Shown in pieces: positions 1 through 8,868 of a stretch of 17,651 bases of DNA. The translations under genes were made by a program, and so were the position numbers. Under the pieces are notes generated by a model. The model ran no database searches. It had not been told where the DNA came from and saw only the letters and a program-made list of their open reading frames with translations. The stretch is from contig JAZSKX010000003.1 in the NCBI GenBank assembly GCA_045535075.1, forward strand, positions 1-17,651. The letters run 5' to 3'. This stretch comes from Candidatus Spyradenecus sp. (GTDB taxonomy: Bacteria > Verrucomicrobiota > Verrucomicrobiia > Opitutales > UBA953). Position 1 is the first letter of the stretch. Each line of letters opens with the position of its first letter.

Positions 1-2
1 CC

Positions 3-2003
3 GCACCGGTCCCCCCGGCAATGCCGAAAACGCCGCTTGCGACTCCGCCGCCCGTTCCCGCCGCGCGCCCGAACGCTCCCGTTCCGCCGCCGATTCCCCC
101 GATGGGACGCCCGGCTTCCGCTCCCGTGCCGCCAATGCCGAGCGTTCCCGCGCCCGCAGCAACGGACGCTGCGCCCGGCAAGAAAGAAGAACTTAAAAAA
201 GTTACGATGCGCGCACCGGTCGTTGTTCGCGACCTTGCAACCGCGCTCGATGTACGTCCGTTCCGACTCATTTCCGAGCTCATGAGCATGGGCGTTTTCG
301 CTTCCCTCAATCAGGATTTGGGCGACGAAATCGCAGTCAAAGTCGCAGAAAAATACGGTTTTGAACTTGATATTCACCGCCGCGAAAAAGGCGCGCAGCA
401 GGTGAAACCCGTTGTCATCGAAAAACCCAAGCCGGTTGACGACGAAAAAGACAAGATGCCGCGTCCGCCGGTCGTTTGCGTACTCGGCCACGTTGACCAC
501 GGGAAAACTACTTTGCTCGACTACTATCGTAAATCAAACGTTACGGCAGGAGAAGCCGGCGGAATTACGCAACACGTTGCCGCCTATTCCGTCAAGCACG
601 GCGATCAGTCGATTACCTTCCTCGACACACCCGGTCACGCGGCGTTTTCAAAAATGCGGGAACGCGGTGCCGCTCTCACGGACATTGCAGTCCTCGTTGT
701 CGCCGCAGACGACGGTTTCATGCCGCAAACGGACGAGGCACTTAAATTTGCACAGAAAAACAACGTTCAGCTCGTCGTCGCGATTAACAAAATCGACTCC
801 AAGGGCGCGAACATCGACCGCGTGAAACAACAAATGCAAAAACGCGGGATCACCTCCGAAGACTGGGGCGGAACGATTCAATGCGAACCGGTTTCCGCTC
901 TCAAGGGGACAAACATGGATTCGCTCTTGGATGCGATTTTGCTCCAAGCCGAAATGATGGAATTGAAGGCAAACCCGAAATGCCCGGCGGAAGGCACCGT
1001 CGTCGAAGCCCAAATGGAACAAGGCCGCGGACCGACGGCAACCGTCATCATCCAACGCGGAACGCTCAAAACAGGCGATGCATTGGTCTGCGGACCGCAT
1101 TTCTGCCGCGTTCGCGCCATCATGGACGAATACGGAAAACCGTTGAAGCAAATCGCGCCGGGTTGCCCGGGGCGCGTCATGGGCTGGTCCGGCGTTCCGT
1201 CTGCGGGAGCGATTTTCTCGACAGTTAAAAATGCACGGGAAGCGGAAAAAATCGCCGAAGAAAATCAATACAAGCTCCGCAAGGCAATTGAAGAGGAAGA
1301 AGAAAACAAGCGTCGCGCTCAAGACGAAGAGCAAAACGCCGGTCTTTCCGACATCGAACGCCTCAACCAATTGCTCGCGGGAACAAGCGAAAAAGTTTTC
1401 AAAGTCGTTACGAAAGCGGATGTGGACGGCACGCTCGAAGCGCTCAACGCGGCGCTCGAAGCCATCAAGTCTTCCCGCGTCAAACTCGAAATCGTCGGCG
1501 GCTCCGTCGGTCCGATTACACCGAGCGACGTCAACATGGCATCGGCCTCGAATGCAACGATTGTCGCGTTCGACGTGAAGGCGGATAACGGTGTTCCCGC
1601 ACTGATGAAACGCCAAAACGTCAACCTCGTCACGCACGACATCATTTACATGTTGCTCGACATGGTGAAGGAAGCGATGGCGGAACTGCTCGACCCGGAA
1701 TTGAAGGAAAACAAAGTCGGCATGGCGGAAGCGCGTGTTATTTATCCGTTCGGGAAAAACGCCTATGTCGCCGGCTCGATGGTCACGGAAGGCAGTATTC
1801 GCCGGGACTTCAACGCGCGCGTTTGGCGCAAGGGCGAAGTGCTTCACACGGGACGCATCGACACGCTCAAGCGCTTCAAAGAAGACGTTACGGAAGTCAA
1901 AGCCGGCTACGAATGCGGGATTCGCGTTACCGGCTTCGAAGAATATCAGGAGGGCGACCTCATCGAATGCTTCGAAATCCTCAAGATTCGTCCGCCGCTG
2001 TAA
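3..2003 (+). CDS. infB: Translation initiation factor IF-2 (5'-truncated by window edge)
   Basis: G1 GHVDHGKTTL, G2 GEAGGITQH, G3 DTPGHAAF, G4 INKID, C-terminal LKRFKEDV..VKAGYECG. The frame is open from nt 3 (APVPPAM...), so the true start is probably upstream of the window. The N-terminus is Pro/Ala-rich. Confidence 0.97.
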   Translation, partial: APVPPAMPKTPLATPPPVPAARPNAPVPPPIPPMGRPASAPVPPMPSVPAPAATDAAPGKKEELKKVTMRAPVVVRDLATALDVRPFRLISELMSMGVFASLNQDLGDEIAVKVAEKYGFELDIHRREKGAQQVKPVVIEKPKPVDDEKDKMPRPPVVCVLGHVDHGKTTLLDYYRKSNVTAGEAGGITQHVAAYSVKHGDQSITFLDTPGHAAFSKMRERGAALTDIAVLVVAADDGFMPQTDEALKFAQKNNVQLVVAINKIDSKGANIDRVKQQMQKRGITSEDWGGTIQCEPVSALKGTNMDSLLDAILLQAEMMELKANPKCPAEGTVVEAQMEQGRGPTATVIIQRGTLKTGDALVCGPHFCRVRAIMDEYGKPLKQIAPGCPGRVMGWSGVPSAGAIFSTVKNAREAEKIAEENQYKLRKAIEEEEENKRRAQDEEQNAGLSDIERLNQLLAGTSEKVFKVVTKADVDGTLEALNAALEAIKSSRVKLEIVGGSVGPITPSDVNMASASNATIVAFDVKADNGVPALMKRQNVNLVTHDIIYMLLDMVKEAMAELLDPELKENKVGMAEARVIYPFGKNAYVAGSMVTEGSIRRDFNARVWRKGEVLHTGRIDTLKRFKEDVTEVKAGYECGIRVTGFEEYQEGDLIECFEILKIRPPL

Positions 2004-3373
2004 AAGGCGTTCCCGCCGATTTCGGGAAAGTTGAAAATGTTGCGCACGCAGGACAACCGCTCCGGCGTGCGTGCATTTTTACGCTCGGATGCCGCCTCAA
2101 CCAGTACGAAACGGAAGTTTTACGGGACAAACTTGCCGCGGCCGGCTATCGTGTCGTCGAGTGGGGCGAAGCTGCAGATTTGGCGATTGTCAACACCTGT
2201 ACGGTAACCGGACTTGCCGAAGCAAAATGCCGCCAGATTATTCGCGGTTTTATCAAAGCGAATCCGAACGGATTTTGCGCCGTCGTCGGCTGCTATTCAC
2301 AAACGGGAACGCCGGCACTTGCGCGAATTCCCGGTATCGATCTGATTGTCGGGAATCAGGATAAACTCAACGTCCTCAATTACGTCGGCGACGGCACGAA
2401 AAACGCCGTTCCCGTCATCGTTCGCGAGAAAATTTCCCGGGAAGATTTTTCAGTTTCTTTTGTCGGAGAAATGCCGTTTAACAAACGCGCAAATCTCAAG
2501 ATTCAAGACGGTTGCGACTTCATGTGCTCGTACTGCATCATTCCGTTTGCACGCGGCAGAGCGCGTTCCCGCGAACTCGAAAACCTGCTCGACGAAGCCC
2601 GTTCGCTGGCGGCACGCGGCGTGCGCGAACTCGTTCTCACCGGCGTTAATATCGGAACTTACAGTAACGCGGGAACGGACATCCTCGGAGTCGTCGACGC
2701 GCTTGCCGCAATTCCGGGAATTGACAGAATTCGCATCGGAAGCATTGAACCAAAGACAATTCCGGACGGCATCTTTGACCGCATGAGCGATTCCGCGCAT
2801 CCGCTGATGCCGTTTTTGCATTTACCGATTCAGTCCGGTTGCGAACGCATTTTGCGCGACATGCGCCGCCATTACACGCTTGCAGAATATCTCGAATTTG
2901 TCGAAAAAATCGCCGCACGCGTTCCCGATATTTGTATCGGAACGGACATTATGATCGGCTTCCCCGGCGAAACAGACGAAGAGTTTGCCGAAACCTGCAC
3001 GACATTCATAAACGGTCCGTTCGCGTATTGCCACGTTTTTACTTACTCCGAGCGCGCGGGAACGCCCGCTGCCCGCCGCCCCGACCGAGTCCCCGTTCCC
3101 GTACGCCAACGCCGTTCCGCCGCCTTGCGCGCGCTTTCGTCGCAAAAACGTCGCATGTTCATGGGGCGTTACCTCGGAAAAAATGTCGAAGTGCTTTTCG
3201 AAAATCCCGCCGGCAACACATTTCCGGGTTACACACGCAACTACCTGCGCGTCATCGTTCCCGCAGACGAATTCCCGGGCGAAAATCTCGCAAACCAAAT
3301 ACGAACCGTCCGCCTCGCCGAAATTTCAGGAGATGTCATTTTCGGGGAAAGATGTCCTCCTGAAACAGATTAA
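1967..3373 (+). CDS. mtaB: tRNA t6A37 methylthiotransferase MtaB (MiaB-like radical SAM)
   Basis: UPF0004 motifs TLGCRLNQYE, VNTCTVT and VGCYSQ. Radical SAM motif KIQDGCDFMCSYCIIPFARG, plus GFPGET, HVFTYSERAGT and a TRAM-like end GYTRNYLRV. ATG 1967 is the only in-frame start near the first conserved motif and follows AGGAGG at 1948-1953. The start is inferred. Confidence 0.88.
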   Translation: MLRNPQDSSAAVKGVPADFGKVENVAHAGQPLRRACIFTLGCRLNQYETEVLRDKLAAAGYRVVEWGEAADLAIVNTCTVTGLAEAKCRQIIRGFIKANPNGFCAVVGCYSQTGTPALARIPGIDLIVGNQDKLNVLNYVGDGTKNAVPVIVREKISREDFSVSFVGEMPFNKRANLKIQDGCDFMCSYCIIPFARGRARSRELENLLDEARSLAARGVRELVLTGVNIGTYSNAGTDILGVVDALAAIPGIDRIRIGSIEPKTIPDGIFDRMSDSAHPLMPFLHLPIQSGCERILRDMRRHYTLAEYLEFVEKIAARVPDICIGTDIMIGFPGETDEEFAETCTTFINGPFAYCHVFTYSERAGTPAARRPDRVPVPVRQRRSAALRALSSQKRRMFMGRYLGKNVEVLFENPAGNTFPGYTRNYLRVIVPADEFPGENLANQIRTVRLAEISGDVIFGERCPPETD

Positions 3374-3454
3374 CAATTCGCCCAAAACCGGAATCGTTCT
3401 ACGCGCCGCGATTTGCAGGTATCCGCAATAAATTTAGCGGTGGTGTAGCGTCGT

Positions 3455-3477
3455 CGTTCCCGCGGGAACGCTTTTTT
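3455..3477 (+). terminator. Probable intrinsic terminator after infB-mtaB, made of two overlapping copies of the GTTCCCGC motif
   Basis: Perfect 16-bp palindrome CGTTCCCGCGGGAACG (3455-3470) followed by C and TTTTTT, about 80 nt after the mtaB stop. Confidence 0.6.
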
Positions 3478-3567
3478 GAGTAAATGGAATCGGAATTTTA
3501 CCGACGGGCAGCGAAAGAACATGCTTCACTGCCATTTCAAAATAAGTCAGTATTAGGTGTTTTATTT

Positions 3568-5142
3568 ATGAAAAAAGTTCTTATTCCGACTAAATTGGAT
3601 ACTGTTGCAGCCAAAACGCTTGCTGCCGCCGGATACACCGTTGTTCAGGACGCGGAAACGCCGATTGACGCTCAAGTCGCGACCAACGCCGACACCGTCG
3701 TTCTCATTGTTCGTTCCGAAAAGGTCACGCCCGCGATTATCGACGCGTTGCCGAAACTCAAAATCGTTATCCGCGCCGGTGCCGGATTTGACAACATCGA
3801 CATTGCTTACGCGCGAAAGAAAAATATCGACGTGATGAATACGCCGGGCGCGAACGCCAACGGCGTTGCCGAAGAAGTCGTCGCCATGATTCTCGCCTGT
3901 TTCCGCCATCTCGTTCCCGCAGACAACACGACGCGCGCCGGACTTTGGGAAAAGAAAAAATACATGGGCCGTGAGCTGACGAAAAAAACCGTCGGCATCG
4001 TCGGGCTCGGGAACATCGGTCGATTACTTGCCAAACGCTTGCAGGGCTTTGAGCCGAATCTCATCGGCTACGACCACTTTCTCGCCAAGCAACGCGCCAT
4101 TAATATCGGCGTAACGCCCGTACCGCTCGAACAAATTTTTGAAGAAGCCGACATCATTTCGCTTCACGTTCCCGGCGGAGCTTCGACGCAAAATCTCGTC
4201 AACGCCGAATTGCTCGGGAAAATGAAAGACGGCGCCATGCTTGTAAACTGTTCCCGCTACGGCGTTGTTGACGAAGCGGCGCTCGCCGAAGTTCGCGCTT
4301 CCGGCAAGAAAATTATTTACGCGACGGATGTTCACCCGAAAGATGCGGCCGGCGACAAACCGTCCGCCGCGGTTGCGGATTTAATTCTCCCGCACCTTGG
4401 AGCCAGTACGAAAGAGGCGAATTTCAACGCAGCGAAGCGTGCCGCGGAAGAGGCGATTGCGTATTTTGATAACGGAGACACCTCCTGCGTCGTCAACGCC
4501 GAAGTTCCGCTCGGGCTTGATCCGATGCAACTTCGCCTTGCGAAAATGCTGGCGACGCTCGCCCGTCTCGTCGGCGGGAACAAGGCGATTCGCCGTGCCG
4601 ACTGCACGTTTTCGGGCAGCCTGCGTTCTTTCCGCAAATGGTTTACACCGAAATTGCTCGAAGGTTTGTTGCCGCATGCAGAAAAAGGGTTGCCGCCGCC
4701 GATGGCAGACGTTTCGATCCGCGAGCACGGAATCGTTTATCAGGCGAAGGAGCCGCTCATCGGCAACGTCGAAGAAGATTCCATCGTTCTTGAAGTCATG
4801 ACGGAAGCGGCGGAAGGCAAGCATGAAACCGTCTGCGTTCGCGGGATTGTCGCGGAGAATACTCCGATTATTTCGTCGGTTAACGGCTTTAAAGGGCTGT
4901 ACTTTGACTTGCGCGGAAATCTCCTTTTTGTGCGCTACGCAGACCGGCCGGGCGTGCTTGCGCGCATTACTTCCGTACTCGGAGACGCCGAGATTAACAT
5001 TGAAAACATCACGGCTCCGATTGATCACGAAGCCGGAGAAACACTTGCCGTCATCAAGACGAACAAACCTGTTACGCCGGCTCAGGTTTCTGCCGTCGCA
5101 ACGCTCGTTAATGCGATTTCGGCATTTTCCGTTTCGTTCTAA
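3568..5142 (+). CDS. serA: D-3-phosphoglycerate dehydrogenase, long form with C-terminal ACT domain
   Basis: RAGAGFDNID, NTPGANA, Rossmann motif GIVGLGNIG, PHLGAST.EA, ACT motif YADRPG...INIE. ATG 3568 follows the SD-like AGGTG at 3555-3559. Confidence 0.88.
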   Translation: MKKVLIPTKLDTVAAKTLAAAGYTVVQDAETPIDAQVATNADTVVLIVRSEKVTPAIIDALPKLKIVIRAGAGFDNIDIAYARKKNIDVMNTPGANANGVAEEVVAMILACFRHLVPADNTTRAGLWEKKKYMGRELTKKTVGIVGLGNIGRLLAKRLQGFEPNLIGYDHFLAKQRAINIGVTPVPLEQIFEEADIISLHVPGGASTQNLVNAELLGKMKDGAMLVNCSRYGVVDEAALAEVRASGKKIIYATDVHPKDAAGDKPSAAVADLILPHLGASTKEANFNAAKRAAEEAIAYFDNGDTSCVVNAEVPLGLDPMQLRLAKMLATLARLVGGNKAIRRADCTFSGSLRSFRKWFTPKLLEGLLPHAEKGLPPPMADVSIREHGIVYQAKEPLIGNVEEDSIVLEVMTEAAEGKHETVCVRGIVAENTPIISSVNGFKGLYFDLRGNLLFVRYADRPGVLARITSVLGDAEINIENITAPIDHEAGETLAVIKTNKPVTPAQVSAVATLVNAISAFSVSF

Positions 5143-5164
5143 TTGAACGGATAGCGGAATTCAT

Positions 5165-5206
5165 AAAGCTGCGGGAACGACCTTGGCTTCGTTCCCGCAG
5201 TTTTTT
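5165..5206. terminator. Intrinsic terminator between convergent serA and ABC exporter; stem is an inverted pair of the GTTCCCGC motif
   Basis: CTGCGGGAACGA (5169-5180), loop CCTTGGCT, TCGTTCCCGCAG (5189-5200): a perfect 12-bp stem. It is followed by T6 and preceded by AAAG, so it may be bidirectional. Confidence 0.85.
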
Positions 5207-5226
5207 GTAAAATTATCCGATCCGGC

Positions 5227-7026
5227 TCAAACGCCCTGGCGATTATAAAGCTCTTTGTAAAGCGGGCAGGAGGCGTAAAGCTCGTCGTGGGAGCCGTCGC
5301 CGACGATACGGCCCTGAGAAAAAACGAGGATGCGTTGTGCGATGCGAATCGACGAGAAGCGGTGGGCAACGATAAATGTCGTCCGCCCGCGGACGAGTTC
5401 TTCAAGTTTGTCTTGGATTTTCTTTTCGCTTTCGGAATCAAGTGCCGCCGTCGCTTCATCGAGAATCAGAATCGGAGCGTCTTTTAAAAATGCCCGTGCA
5501 ATTGCCAGGCGCTGACGCTGACCGCCGGAAACGCCGCTCCCGACATCGCCCAGCATTTTATCCAAGCCTCCGCTATTCAACACAAAATCTTCCGCCGCTG
5601 CATTGCGCGCCGCACACTCGACGGCGGCGTCGGAAGCATCCCGGTTTCCGAGGCGAATATTTTCCCGAATGGTGTCACGGAATAGAACGGCATGTTGCGA
5701 AACCAAGGCGATAAAGCGGCGAAGCGTTTTCTTTTTCAAACGGCGAATATCGATTCCGTCGACGAGGATCGAGCCGGCGCTTGCTTCGTAAAAACGCAAA
5801 ATCAGACTTGCGAACGTTGTTTTTCCCGCGCCGCTGGGCCCGACGAGCGCGACGATTTGCCCGGCGGGAACGCGCACGTTGATATCGCTCAACACCTTAC
5901 GCCCGTTTTCATAGGCGAAATCGACGTTGCGAAACTCAATCGTTCCCGCGATCCGTTCCGGCTCAAGCGGCTTGTCCGGCTCGGGCATCGTGTCGGGTTC
6001 CGTCAGAATTTCCTCCAAGCGTTCAAGCGATGCCTGGGCTTGGCTGAATTTATTAAAGGAAACGCCCGTGCGTTTAATCGCATCCGCCGCGAAAAAGAGC
6101 GCTCCGGCGATTGCCATAAAATCCGTCAAAGCCATACCGAGCATTCGCCCGCGAACGAGAACGAACGCAAGCGCAAGTGCGGTTAAAAACTCCAGAGTCG
6201 GAGTCAGCAGCTGCTGGTATTTTACGGTTTTGAGCTGAGCCCGACAGAAGCGATTGGACGCGCGAGCCATGCGCGCCACCTGAGTTTCCTCCATCGCGTA
6301 CGAACGAATTTCGCGCTGTGCGGCAAGATTTTCCTGAACGACCGCCGTCATCTCGCCGATATTTTTTTGAGCTCCGCGAGCTTTGCGGACAACACGCCTT
6401 CCGAAGACAATAATCGGCGCAACGGCGATCACGGCAAAGACTGCGCTCGCGGCAAACATTGATGCTTCGGCCTTGTCGCTCAAGACATAGACAAGCGCGA
6501 CAATCGCACTGACGGCAGTGAGCGGCTGTTTCACGATATCGCTCGAAACCTGCGTGATCATATTTTGGACATTCTGCGCGTCCGTAACGATGCGGCTCAA
6601 AAGATCTCCGCGCATTTGTTTTTCGTGAAATGCGAGCGGTAGAGTTTGCAGGTGCGAGAAAACGCCGACACGAAGATTTTCGAGAACGCGCATCCCGAAA
6701 TAATTTACCGCCATCGCATTTACCCACATCGCCAAACCGCGTATGACGAAAACAATCGGCATTGCCGCGCAAGCGGTAAAAAGAACGGCGAAACCGAGGT
6801 TTTCCGGGCTAACGTACCGCGAAATAAAATCCAAGATCGGGCGCGGCATCGTGGAGGGGTCGAAAACGGCAGGGAAAACCTTGTAAATCAGCACGGGAAT
6901 GCCGAATCCGCTTGCCGCTGCGGCAATGAGTCCGGAAATCAGCGCTAACGCCAAATACCCTTTAACCGGCCAAATGTAGCCGGCATAATGCGCGATACGG
7001 GATACGATTTTTTTTAACTTTTTCAT
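5227..7026 (-). CDS. ABC exporter, fused TMD-NBD (MsbA/ABCB family), copy 2
   Basis: N-terminal TM helices, Walker A GPSGAGKT, Q-loop VSQ, signature VSGGQRQR, Walker B ILILDEAT, H-loop AHR. Its start overlaps the upstream paralog's stop (ATGA, 7023-7026). Confidence 0.92.
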   Translation of the reverse strand: MKKLKKIVSRIAHYAGYIWPVKGYLALALISGLIAAAASGFGIPVLIYKVFPAVFDPSTMPRPILDFISRYVSPENLGFAVLFTACAAMPIVFVIRGLAMWVNAMAVNYFGMRVLENLRVGVFSHLQTLPLAFHEKQMRGDLLSRIVTDAQNVQNMITQVSSDIVKQPLTAVSAIVALVYVLSDKAEASMFAASAVFAVIAVAPIIVFGRRVVRKARGAQKNIGEMTAVVQENLAAQREIRSYAMEETQVARMARASNRFCRAQLKTVKYQQLLTPTLEFLTALALAFVLVRGRMLGMALTDFMAIAGALFFAADAIKRTGVSFNKFSQAQASLERLEEILTEPDTMPEPDKPLEPERIAGTIEFRNVDFAYENGRKVLSDINVRVPAGQIVALVGPSGAGKTTFASLILRFYEASAGSILVDGIDIRRLKKKTLRRFIALVSQHAVLFRDTIRENIRLGNRDASDAAVECAARNAAAEDFVLNSGGLDKMLGDVGSGVSGGQRQRLAIARAFLKDAPILILDEATAALDSESEKKIQDKLEELVRGRTTFIVAHRFSSIRIAQRILVFSQGRIVGDGSHDELYASCPLYKELYNRQGV

Positions 7027-8858
7027 GCGTTCCCGCCTCCGGTTGCGACTTGTTTGTCGTAAAGATCTTTGTAAAGTGCAGACTTGGCGTAGAGCTCGTC
7101 ATGCGAACCGTCGGCGACGATTTGTCCGGCTTCGAAGACGAGAATACGCTGCGCCCGACGAATCGTCGAGAAACGATGCGCGATGATGAATGTTGTCCGC
7201 CCGGTCATCAGTTCGTCGAGCGATTTTTGGATTTTCTCCTCGCTAAGCATATCGAGCGAGGCCGTTGCCTCGTCGAGGACAAGAATCGGTGCGTTTTTCA
7301 GAAACGCGCGCGCGATGGAAACGCGTTGGCGTTGCCCGCCGGAAAGCCCTTCCCCGTCTTCTCCGACGACACGTTCGTAGCCTTCCTTGCGTTCGCGGAT
7401 AAATTCATCCACGGCGGCAAGCGTTCCCGCGGCTTCGACTTCGGCGTCGCTTGCGCTCGGTTTTCCCATGCGAATATTTTCCCGAATCGTTCCTTTGAAG
7501 AGTACGGGAGTTTGGGAAACCAAGCCGACAAACTTCGTTCGGTCGGCGCGGGAAATGTCCTTGAGGTTTACGCCGTCAATTTTTACGGAGCCGGACGCGG
7601 GATCGTAGAAACGGCAAACGAGATTGATAAATGTCGTTTTCCCCGAGCCGCTGGGGCCGACAAGCGCAACAATTTGCCCGGCGGGAAAGGAAACATCGAT
7701 ATTTTTCAGGACGGGAACGCCGGGCTTGTAAGCGAAATTAACTTTTTCAAAACAAAGTTCGCCGCGAATTTTTTCAAGTTTTACAGGATTTTCCGGCTCC
7801 GGCATTTCATCTTTTGCAAAGAGGACATCGTCGATCCCGCCGAGCATTGTCGTTGCGATTTGCATTGTGTTGTAAACGTTCCCGAGGCGCTTAATCGGGT
7901 CGTAACAATAATAAAGCGCGAGCGCGATTGCCGTAAATTGAGTAAGTTCTATTCCGCCGCTTACACCGAAATAAAGCGAAACGGAAAGCGCGACGACGCT
8001 GAGGATTTCAATAATCGGCGTAAGGGCCTGCCGCCACGCCTGCATTTTAAAAATGGCGTTTACGTAGAGGCGGATTTTTCCGCGAAGCAGTGTTGTCTGT
8101 TGTTCTTCGAGGCAAAACGCACGCACATCGCGCTGCGCCGCAAGATTTTGGGAAACGACGCTCGCGACTTCATTCAAACCGGAGAGCATCTGCTTCATCC
8201 GCTTAATCATCCGGTTTCCGATTTTTTTGGTCGCGGGAATACACATTCCGGCAAGCAAAAGGTTCATCAGCAACAAGCCGACTTCGTTGCTGGCGCAAGC
8301 CTGCCACGCGAGAAATCCGAGCGCCGCCAGCAAAGTCAGCGGTTGAATGACAAGGTCGTTCGTAATGCTCAGCATCGAAGTTTGAAGCATTTGCGTATAG
8401 TAGACCGTCGTTGACATCAGGTCGCCGCGGGAACGCTTGTCGTGATAAGCAAGCGGTAATTCCTGCAAGCGGGAAAAAACCTGCAAGCGCAGTTTTTCCA
8501 AAACCTCCAAGCCGACTTTGCTGATGAGGTAGGCGTTTGCGAATGAAAATACGCCGCGAAAGAGCATGAGAGCAGGCATGGCAAGCGCTGCAGTCCACAT
8601 GGTTACAAGCGGGATCTGCTCCTCGGGAACGCGCACGGCAACCCAATTTTGCAAAAATTCCGGGAGCGGTTTTTCTCCGAAAACAATCGGGAAAACCTTG
8701 TCCATCATCATCGGCAAGCCGAAGCCCGCCGTTGCCGCAGCCAAGCCCCCGCAGAAAACGGCAAGCAGGAGAATCCCTTTTTGCGAAGCCAAATAACGCC
8801 GCCAAAAATCCAGATAAACGGCAAACAACGCAGCCTTGTTTTCTTTCTTTGACGCCAT
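7023..8858 (-). CDS. ABC exporter, fused TMD-NBD (MsbA/ABCB family), copy 1
   Basis: Walker A GPSGSGKT, LSGGQRQR, ILVLDEAT, AHR and an N-terminal TMD. ATG 8858 chosen as start; GTG 8879 is an alternative. Confidence 0.92.
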   Translation of the reverse strand: MASKKENKAALFAVYLDFWRRYLASQKGILLLAVFCGGLAAATAGFGLPMMMDKVFPIVFGEKPLPEFLQNWVAVRVPEEQIPLVTMWTAALAMPALMLFRGVFSFANAYLISKVGLEVLEKLRLQVFSRLQELPLAYHDKRSRGDLMSTTVYYTQMLQTSMLSITNDLVIQPLTLLAALGFLAWQACASNEVGLLLMNLLLAGMCIPATKKIGNRMIKRMKQMLSGLNEVASVVSQNLAAQRDVRAFCLEEQQTTLLRGKIRLYVNAIFKMQAWRQALTPIIEILSVVALSVSLYFGVSGGIELTQFTAIALALYYCYDPIKRLGNVYNTMQIATTMLGGIDDVLFAKDEMPEPENPVKLEKIRGELCFEKVNFAYKPGVPVLKNIDVSFPAGQIVALVGPSGSGKTTFINLVCRFYDPASGSVKIDGVNLKDISRADRTKFVGLVSQTPVLFKGTIRENIRMGKPSASDAEVEAAGTLAAVDEFIRERKEGYERVVGEDGEGLSGGQRQRVSIARAFLKNAPILVLDEATASLDMLSEEKIQKSLDELMTGRTTFIIAHRFSTIRRAQRILVFEAGQIVADGSHDELYAKSALYKDLYDKQVATGGGNA

Positions 8859-8868
8859 AGAAACCGGG

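Noticed and set aside
648..1847. 399-aa antisense ORF opposite infB
   Set aside because: Shadow of a conserved gene with no recognisable motifs.
1823..1966. Longer N-terminus for mtaB from the ORF track
   Set aside because: It would overlap infB by 181 nt, and the Arg-rich translation looks like an off-frame read. ATG 1967 has an SD.
3484..3567. Upstream starts in the ORF track for serA (3484), purN (15053) and the zinc-ribbon gene (16658)
   Set aside because: Family-like sequence begins at the downstream Met in each case (3568, 14999, 16577). The serA and zinc-ribbon starts also have SD-like sequences.
7050..8414. 454-aa plus-strand ORF opposite ABC exporter
   Set aside because: Antisense shadow with no domain signature. 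The same applies to 9172-10041, 13588-14409, 11598-12275 and 14862-15509.
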